DNA of 64,000 nucleotides from Bugula neritina (taxonomy: Eukaryota > Animalia > Bryozoa), in assembly GCA_964035545.1 (NCBI GenBank), contig OZ037767.1, positions 15,690,998 through 15,754,997 of the forward strand, read 5' to 3'. Every line of letters begins with the position of its first letter. The first letter of the stretch is position 1. This document shows positions 11,889 to 21,036 of the stretch, piece after piece. The notes below the pieces were generated by a model, which had not been told where the DNA came from, ran no database searches, and saw nothing but the letters and a program-made list of their open reading frames with translations. A program made the translations under genes and the position numbers.

Positions 11889-12645
11889 CACAGGATAGTT
11901 AAGGGCATCTTCACGAAGAATATTATAAATTTCTCTCAAAATGTAGTTTAAGTTCTTGAATAATATGGCTTTGTGGGTGTCATGCGTGTTGCCTACTTGC
12001 AATTGTTTAGCCTAAGATCAAACTACAACCAATAAGCAGCAACCTTCATTAGGACTGCGTAATCTATCAACATTCCATTATGGGTGCTACATGAACAAAG
12101 TACAAAGCAAGCTATTCATTATAGCCTGCCAGCTAGTAAGCCTGTAATTAGTATGTACGCGCCAATATCTTCTCACCCCTACGTGCTCATTGAAGCGTGG
12201 AGTACTGCGCGCAGCTAATTTTCTATGAAAAAATATAGCATTTTCAGTGTATAAATCACTAATTTATGGGCAATCTAGAAGAGTTATCGGCAAAAGAAAA
12301 AAAACTTGCACTGGAGAAATATCTCAGGATTTCAGCAGTGCAATTTTTATTCAGATATCATGTTTTCCTGCTGAGATATTTTTTTGGTACTGAAAAGTCA
12401 GCTTTTCAGGCAAAATTGGCCAAAATTGGGCAGTTTTCTGTTTATAACTTTGCAACAAAAATGAAAATTGAAATTTCCAAAAAACTTACACTGGGGAAAA
12501 AGAAGATCTAAAACATAGTTTTTAAATTTTGACTCTAGCACAATTAGGTGAGATTTTATTTTACTGGTACTGAATTCTTATATGATTACAATGCAAACCT
12601 CAGCAAGGCAGTTGCAGCTAAAAGGTTGCCCTTAACTATCCTGTG
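11889..12645 (+). mobile_element. 757-bp MITE (CACAG termini, 2-bp TSD) nested in pol
   Basis: 19-bp TIR CACAGGATAGTTAAGGGCA; TSD AA; removal restores the pol frame (..ERQ|AMAK..). Confidence 0.95.
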
Positions 12646-15550
12646 AAGCTATGGCAAAGTTACTACGCGCTTACGGTGATGTGTTCAGCAGCGGAGATCA
12701 TGACGTGGGACTGACTGGAGTTGTCAGACACGAAATACCGCTGACTGCAGGGACGGCCCCTGTCCGGCAGCCCACACGCAGGCTGGGGCCGGAAAAAGAG
12801 AAGGAGGTTAGCCGACAAGTACGGGATTTTCTGGACCGCGGCCTCATAGAGCCCGCCCATAGTGCGTGGAGCTCGCCGGTCTCACTGGTCCAGAAAAAAG
12901 ACGGCAGTTGGCGGTTCTGTGTGGATTACCGCAAACTCAATAGCGTAACCATACAGAACGCCTGCCCTCTACCTCGTATTGACGAGTCACTGGATGCCCT
13001 AGCCGGCAGCAAGTACTTCAGTACGTTAGACTTGCTAAGTGGCTACTGGCAAGTTCCTCTGAGTCCCGACGCCCAGGAGAAAGCGGCGTTTATCACACGG
13101 GACGGCTTGTGAAAGTGGAAGGTGTTGCCTTTCGGGCTAACCTCCGCCCCAGCCACCTTCCAGAGGCTGATGGAGCAAGTCCTCAGCGGACTCCATTGGA
13201 AGACGCTGCTGATCTACCTCGATGATGTCATCGTTATCTCCCCAGACTTCGAGACGCATGTCAGTCGTCTGCGGGAGGTCTTTGAGAGAATCCGAGGTGC
13301 CGGTCTTAAGCTCAAACCTTCCAAGTGCGCTCTGTTGCAGCCGGAGGTCAAGTACCTGGGGCACATTGTCGGTCGAAACGGCGTGGCAACGGATCCCGAA
13401 AAGGTACGGGCGATAGAAGACTGGGTCACCCCCCAAGACTTGACCGGACTTCGGGCTTTCTTGGGGCTGGTAGCGTATTACATACATACCAGACTTTGCG
13501 GGCATAGCACAGTCGTTAAACCGGCTCACCGCAAAAGGGGTGACGTGGCAGTGGACCCCGGTCGAACAAAGAGCGTTCGACCGCCTCAAGGGTTGCCTAC
13601 TAACGGCACCCATCTTGGCCTACCGAGACCCCGCTCTGGAGTACATCCTCGACACTGACGCCAGTGACCAGAATATTGGCGCTGTGCTGTCTCAAGTGCA
13701 GGAAGGTCGAGAAGTAGTAGTAGCCTACTACAGCAAGTCTCTCTCACCCACTGAACGAAATTACTGCACTACCCGCAAGGAACTGCTGGCAGTAATCAAG
13801 TAAGTGAAGCACTTCAGACCATACCTATACGGCAGGAAGTTCCTGGCTGCATACGGATCATGCCTCGCTGATCTGGTTGTGCAAGAGAGCAGAGCCCTCC
13901 AGTCAGGTCGCCCGGTGGCTCGAAATCCTAGCTGAGTTCTCGTACCGGATCGAACATCGACCGGGCAAGAGACACAGCAATGCGGATGGTTTGAGCCGCC
14001 GACCTGATAGAGGTTGCAAACAGTGTCTCAACATCAAGAGGAGGGACGGAGGTCCCCCGCGATGCGAGTTGGAGACATTGGCTCACCACGGAGCACCATT
14101 TGACTGGGACCAGGGTCAACTCAGGCAGGAGGTTGACGAGTCCCCGGAGGTTGTACAAAATCTCCGCGCCAATCCTGTACTGGCCGATAATGTCCAGGAG
14201 CTGAAGAAGCTCCAAGAAGAGTTGCCTGGGGTAGTGGCAGACATATATCGGGCCAAAAAGGACGGGCGACGACCCAGCGAGGAACGTATACGGCAGGGAT
14301 GCGCCGAGTTCTGGCTACTTTGCCAGCGTTGGGACTCGCTGAGGTTCGGGCAGGATGGTCTATTGACCAATTCTCTAGCTGCCAACGGCAGACACCCGGA
14401 AAGGAAGAGGGTGGTCTGCCCCAGTGTCATACGCCGCGAGTTAATTTGGGACACTCACAAACAGGCCCACGCAAGAGTCAAGAGAGTGATCTCCAAATTG
14501 CAACTCCGGTGGTATTGGCCCAAAATGGGGCGGGATGTCCGGCTCAGAGTAAAACAGCGCAAAATCTGCCAGGCCAGCAAGCATGGCCGTCTCCCTGGTG
14601 AAGCGGGACGGCGGAGGCTATATGCTGGCAGGCCTTGGCAAGTGGTAGCTGTTGACTTGGTCGGACCCATGCCCCTGACCCCCAGAGGCAATAGTTGGAT
14701 CTTAGTACTGACCGACCACTTTACTAGGTGGGCAGACGCTCTGGCTATCCCAGTTGCGTCAGCCCCAACCGTGGCCAGGGCGCTAGACCAACATGTATTC
14801 TGTTATTTCGGGCTTCCCGAACAGATACACTCTGATCAAGGCGCGCAGTTTCAGTCCCAACTGATGAGCGACCTTTGCTGCCTCTGGAGAGTAAATCAGA
14901 GCAGGACCACCCCTTACCACCCCCAAAGTAACGGGGGGGGGGGTGGAGCGCAATAACCGAATGCTAGGTGATGCACTCCGGAGTCTCCTCCTCGGATGCA
15001 GTCAAGAGGAATAGGACACGGTATTGCCGCAAGTCATGCGTGCATACCGTAGCACCCCACACACCAGTACTGGTGAGATCCCAAACCTCTTGATGCTCGG
15101 GAGAGAGACCCGGGTTCCTGACCAGCTCACCTACTATGTTCCAGAGCTAGACAACTCGATTCACGAGTATGCCAGTGAACTAGTGGAACGGATGAAGGTC
15201 GCACACGATATACTGCGCAAACAGCAGTGGAAGGTGCGACACAAAGAGTCCGAGGAACCACTCTTCTACCAGACGGGAGATAAGGTGTGGATGGTCAATT
15301 ACCATAGGCGTCGCGGACAGGCGGCTAAGCTACAGCCTAAGTTTGTGAGACCCTACGTGATCGTCGAGGCGATGCCCAACCATACGTACAATATTGAGCG
15401 CTCAGGACAGGTGTCTATTCAGAATGAGTCTTGCTTGAAGCCGTATTGGGCTAGCCCTGACGCAGTGGGAGAAGCCCCCCCCCCCCCGTTGTTGGAGCCC
15501 AGAAGGCAGACAACAATGCGTGGGCGGCGGCGGCAGGGACGTGAATATGA

Positions 15551-16306
15551 CACAGGATAGTTAAGGGCAACCTTTTAGCTGCAACTGCCTTGCTGAGGTT
15601 TGCATTGTAATCATATAAGAATTCAGTACCAGTAAAATAAAATCTCACCTAATTGTGCTAGAGTCAAAATTTAAAAACTATGTTGTAGATCTTCTTTTTC
15701 CCCAGTGTAAGTTTTTTGGAAATTTCAATTTTCATTTTTGTTGCAAAGTTATAGACAGAAAACTGCCCAATTTTGGCCAATTTTGCCTGAAAAGCTGACT
15801 TTTCAGTACCAGTAAAATATCTCAGCAGCAAAACATGATATCTGAATAAAAATTGCACTGCTGGAATCCTGAGATATTTCTCCAGTGCAACTATTTTTCT
15901 TTTTCCAATAACTCTTCTAGGTTGCCCATAAATTGGTGATTTATACACTGAAAATGCTATATTTTTTCATAGAAAATTAGCAGCGCGCAGTGCTTCACGC
16001 TTCAATGAGCACGTAGGAATGAGAAGATATTGGCGCGTACATGCTAATTACAGGCTTACTAGCTGGCAGGCTATAATGAATAGCTTGCTTTGTACTTTGT
16101 TTATGTAGAGCCTATAATGGAATGTTGATAGATTTTGCAGCCCTAATAAAGGTTGCTGCTTATTGGTTGTAGTTTGATCTTAGGCTAAACATTTGCAAGT
16201 AGGCAACACGCATGCCACCCACAAAGCCATATTATTCAAGAACCTAAACTACATTTTGAGAGAAATTTATGATATTCTTAGTGAGGATGCCCTTAACTAT
16301 CCTGTG
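15551..16306 (-). mobile_element. Second copy of the same MITE (756 bp), opposite orientation
   Basis: Reverse complement of 11889-12645; TSD GA; removal restores ..REY|EVVIPR.. Confidence 0.95.
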
Positions 16307-16861
16307 GAAGTGGTCATACCGCGGGAGGAAGATTTGGTGAGAGATGAGCGACCGCTTTTACCAACAGAAGCGCGTCTGCCACCGCCAAATCTGATTCCAT
16401 CACTTCCAGAAACCGAGCCGGTTCCGAAAGTGCAAACCCCCACGGAGGGAGGGGCTCCATCCGGAGAACAAGAAGAAGTGACCACTAACAGTGCAGTAGA
16501 GACGCCACCAGAGGCCCCTACTAACACACCGACGAGTGCGTCACCTCCCCTGGAGCGGGGACAATGTACGAGGCAACCCCCCGCATACTTGAAGGACTTT
16601 GTATGTGACTGCATTGAAAGCGGCGCCTATGAAAGTCTAGGGGAAAACCGTACGGGAAAAGTATCGAGCAAATGTGGGAGTTGTCAACACCACGGAAATA
16701 TCAACTTTTGTCTCGGCGGAAGTAGAAACAAAATTCATCCGCCGGGTGCACAAAGTCTTAATCACGCACCCCAACCACGTTGCTCGATCTTTTCATACGC
16801 TGATGCAGTCAAGAGTAGACGTGTTCCTAATCAGTAGTCCAAACCATTTCACAAATTCAGT

Positions 16862-17995
16862 ATGTCTTACGACAACAGATCGTGGGGTGAGTTAACTATA
16901 TCTTGATATGGAAACTAGATTGCATCGCTCAGCTCCGACTCACTGAGTCAAACGAGCTGGAGATAGGCTAGTGAACTACCGTGGTAAGAACTCAGTTTGA
17001 CTTAGAGATTTTACAATCTCATTGCATACGTGTTCTATCTGACTATTCACTACCATAAATCTCTACGAGGTAACTGAACGAGAAGTTGCCAGGCTGTTCA
17101 AGCTGACAACACTGCAGTATATTATACTAATGCTGTTGAAACTCTTTCAGGTTACACTCGACTCGTTACAACCAGGGTACGGGATAGAGCACTTCCCGCT
17201 CCGCATCCTGAGGAGTATACCAATGGTGACCGGCGGTGGGTGTCGCCGGAAACAGAGGGGCAGCTAGAAACAGCATGGGGATCCAAAGGAAGGACGCGGT
17301 GCCAGATTTGTGACGAGGAGTGCGCCTCTCACCGCTCCTTGAAGCTGCATGTCAATGCCCACCTCTTACTCACATTCTGCCCCTGTGGATATAATGATGT
17401 CTACCTCTACCCCGTCACCAGACACCGAGCGACGGGCTGTTTCTTCGGAGAGAATTACGTAGTGGATGCCAAACTCTATCCAGAATTCATAACTCTGTTG
17501 TTGGCCGTCTTGACCTCAGGTTTCCAGCGCGTACTAGACTATGCCAGGCAACAATCTCCATTGGTATCCGACCGCCCTCAGATTGTGTACACCCCCGAAG
17601 AGTTTGCCTATCCCGAAGAAGGAGAGGTCTCTCCTACCCCGACGAAAAGACGGACCCGGTCTCTAAGTCCCCCTCTTCGTCGCAGACGGACACCGTCCCC
17701 AGACCCCGCTCGCCTGGCTACTGTGGAGGAACGCCTCTTCCGACTGCAGGCTGAATTTACCCAGCTAGCACCGGATCTGCTTAATACCACGACGGGATTC
17801 TTTCAGTTAAAAGGCTCGGTTGGCCGGATCAAAAGCAAGTTACGTACATGCCAGGCCAAACATCGGCGTGCCCAACACTGCCTCTGGTTCTGCTGCCGGA
17901 ATGATCCACAAGCCTCGTCTTCTTGGGGATCCAAGACTATCATGCAAATGCTTGACTGCTCGACAGCTCGATTCCTTGTCCAATATTACAACTAA
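16862..17995 (+). CDS. Spliced accessory ORF of element 1: join(16862..16886,17151..17995); C2H2 + CxC-H-C zinc fingers, Arg/Ser/Pro tract, coiled coil
   Basis: ATG TCT..TGG G|GTGAGT donor, TACTAAT branch point, TCTTTCAG| acceptor; phases match and the frame is open into the 251-aa ORF. CQIC-x12-HVNAH, then CPC-x12-H-x4-C. Same architecture in element 2. Confidence 0.8.
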
Positions 17996-18171
17996 CCGGT
18001 ATTCCTTCTCTATAGCTGGCCAATTGTATGTAACCTGCTGTTATAATGACTCTGTCTGTTATTGTGTATCTTTATATATGTTATGTCTTTTCTTTTGGTC
18101 TACTGACGTACGTGGTTAATGATGAAATATTTTTCTCTATTAGAAAGAGGGCTTTCTGCTGGTGGGGGCGG

Positions 18172-18478
18172 TGTGGTGGCTCGTGGAGCTACCAGCAGCA
18201 CGGTACGCAGGGTCACATAATTGACCCGGAACAATGACAGCCAATTAGCGGCTTTAATAGTTAGTAGCAGTAGTAGTTTTCCCGCTGTTAGTCAGTCGAA
18301 GTTAGAGTGCTGAATAATCTAGATGTGTGAAATTATTAGATGTGTTTTTATAGTTTTTGTAATGTGTTATTGTGTTTAAAACATATACTCGTTCACTCGA
18401 CTTATCCTGGTGAAGTTCTCTAGCAAGTAATTAGACTCTCTGGATTGCATATCAACCCTAATTCTGAAAATCATAACA
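18172..18478 (+). repeat. 3' LTR of element 1
   Basis: Preceded by the PPT, followed by the ATAT TSD (18479-82). Confidence 0.97.
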
Positions 18479-18497
18479 ATATGCAACAGTTTCGTAT

Positions 18498-19736
18498 TTA
18501 AATGCCATTTCTAGCGTGTCTAGAGCCTCCTTCTGAGAAACCACGACTCTTTTTAGAGTTTCTGGTAAGAGGATGATGGGCCTGGGCTCCTTCCCCCATA
18601 GTCAGCGTGCTGCCAGCGCCAACAAAGTTCACAGAAGTACTGGGAGAATGAAATGAGATCAATCTTATTTATTAAAAATAGAATTGCATAATCAAAGTCA
18701 GTCAGGTCAGGCAAATGGTTAAAATAATACAAATTCTTTGATTGCAGATTTTGATTTATACTGGAGAATTAAAAAATTAATTGCTATGCAGTGTAATTTT
18801 CTTTCAAAATCTAATATGTTGAACAATCTTTGATAATATAAATGCGTTTATATGCTAATTGACTTTTAAAAACTTTGTACCTTATACTATTTTTTACAGT
18901 ATACTAAAAATTATATGTCAAAAGTATTTAAAAATTTAAAAATCCTGTCAACAGCTCCTATTTGTCATCCCTTGTAACTGTCAATTTATTATTCTCAGTT
19001 AAAATCCCAGTAAATATGTACTAAATGAGATTATCATAGCTCTCGGTAACATTTTTCATGAATTGCTTGAAGTAAATCTGGAACAGATTTTCTTAATGAG
19101 AAAGTCTATTCTCACCAACAGATAATGTATAATAGCATATTATTATAGTAACAATTATTTTAGCAGTTGAACTTTCATGATAATCAAATTAATTTTATGC
19201 GCAAATCCTAAACTGCTAAAAAGTTTTACAAAACTATATAGCATTAAATAATCAAATTAGATTAAATAATAAAAATAAATTAAATACTTATTCAAGTAAT
19301 TATACTTGTCAAATATATTTCTCTTGGTTTAGAAGCAAAGCAAATCTTTTTCAAGATAATCGAGGAATTGTGTTACCTTAGAGCACATTGGATGTTTGCA
19401 AAAGTATGGCCCCAAACTGATCCTGCACACGTAACAGATAGATTCCTCCAAGTAAGGGTCTAGTTGTACCTACACACCACTCAAGTAAAAGCACAATTTA
19501 GTTTTATAATTGCACTACAAGTTTGCAGAAATTCAAATATATAATATAATAATTTGAACCAAAAAATGCAAATAAATATATTATATCAATTTACATAAAA
19601 ACATGACTTTAAAAACTATAATAGTTGCAGAGCATAAATACCTTCTTAGTAAACTTTGGAGTGTCTATTTCCACAAAAGCAGCGCCAAGTGCATTCCTGT
19701 AGCTGTCATGGCAGCTGAAAGTCACACGATCAGAAC
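18498..19736 (-). pseudogene. CPEB1: Orphan 3' fragment of CPEB1/orb (end of RRM2 + ZZ zinc domain), exons 19736-19642, 19469-19377, 18639-18498
   Basis: Spliced translation [32 protein letters not shown] / VQLDPYLEESICYVCRISLGPYFCKHPMCSK / YFCELCWRWQH..(+1 G at 18593-97)..HHPLTRNSK matches the CPEB1/Orb C-terminus. Canonical GT-AG sites; upstream exons not found in the window. Confidence 0.88.
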
Positions 19737-21036
19737 CTACAACAGATACAACCATGTTCTGCTACTAAATTATTTACACTATGTAATATATCAATGTATC
19801 CTTAGAGTGTTGACTGCAGTATATAGATAGTAGAGATAGCATATATATCAATGTAGTTATAGGAAAACAACAAAATTGTATATATAGTACACAATTGTGT
19901 ATTATTATAGTAGAGTTATGTAAAGGTGATAATAATAAAATAGAGGAATTGTAAATGAGTTCACAGAAATACCTTTTTCCTTTATATATTATTTTTATGC
20001 GTATGGAAGTTTTCATTTTTTATTGGAAGCAAGTATTTTATAATTATATAATGAGTTACAATTGTGATGATTGTTAGAGAAATGTCATTTAGCTCATAGT
20101 AAATTTTTTGCAAGATATTTTGAATGGAGCCAACATATTATAAGCCACCGCAAAACTATGTTTTAAAAAATCTACTCTTACATATACTTGTTTGTTTGCA
20201 TTTGCAAAACTAAATTACTGATTAACATTCCATCATATATTATATAATAGTCTGAAACATAAATATCACAATGTTACAAATAACATAGGGCTGTAAATAT
20301 TCTAACTCTTCCATTAATTATTGCTTTTTATTTAGCGCCAAGACAATAGCTGACTTCAATCGGACTTTTATAACGCTTAATCCTAATTTCATGTAGGATA
20401 ACATTTATGGTACGAAAGTTCATATAGAAGTTGAAAGTTTATATTACTCCAAATATTATATTATGAACAGCTTATGTAAGCATGTTATAATTTTGTATAG
20501 CATGATTGTCTACAACCACTGCTTGGTAGTTGGTACAACATCAGATGCGTCATGCCGTATTATTTAAAGAATGCAACAGGCTGAGTAATATGAGTTGTGT
20601 TGTCCTATCAATAATTATAATGATTTCTAATAGTATTCCCCATACACTTCGACTTGGTAACGCAATTGTTTGTTGACAGGTCGATTTAAAATGAGTAATG
20701 GGAGTGAATGGAATTTCCCATCTATTTCCTCGTGCATTCCCTGTACTACGGAACTGCATATTGTACAGGCTAGTTATAGTTAGAGTTGATAGATAAGCGC
20801 TACACAAGCAGGCACGCCATATTGAGAGGATTCTACTTAGTAATTTACAGAAAGTTAACGACTACTGTTATACACGTCTGAAAGTTCAGAGCTCAAAATG
20901 AAAAAATAATTTATAAAATAGTATTATATACAGTCTGAGGATAGACATTGTGTATTGCGGAGTTTTCTAGTCTAGCATATTAGTCTATTTCAAGAGCTGC
21001 TAAAGATGGAGAGTTCTTACTAAAAGGTCAGTTGAA

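Larger units (their letters stand above)
10749..16895 (+). pseudogene. pol: Pol (protease, RT, RNase H, integrase), interrupted by two MITEs, stops and frameshifts
   Basis: FLIDSGC protease; FCVDYRKLN, LPFGL, YLDD RT; TDASDQ..YSKSL RNase H; VDLVGP, SDQG integrase. Stops at 13110 (TGA), 13801 (TAA) and ~15012 (TAG); frameshifts at ~13480, ~13850, ~14935. Confidence 0.95.
9501..18478 (+). mobile_element. Full-length Gypsy/Ty3 LTR retrotransposon (element 1), pol disrupted
   Basis: 307-bp LTRs 9501-9807 and 18172-18478 (3 differences counted), ATAT TSD, tRNA-Leu PBS, PPT GGTGGGGGCGG; order gag-PR-RT-RH-IN. Confidence 0.97.

Noticed and set aside
12266-12511. 81-94 aa ORFs inside the MITEs (also 15664-15948) as a transposase
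   Set aside because: Starts and stops differ between copies, no DDE features, AT-rich subterminal repeats.
13110-15014. TGG to TGA/TAG stops as APOBEC-type hypermutation
   Set aside because: Too few events and no consensus to compare; LTR differences are not G-to-A dominated.
17240-17995. Retroviral env-like ORF
   Set aside because: No signal peptide or C-terminal transmembrane anchor; it has zinc fingers and basic tracts instead.
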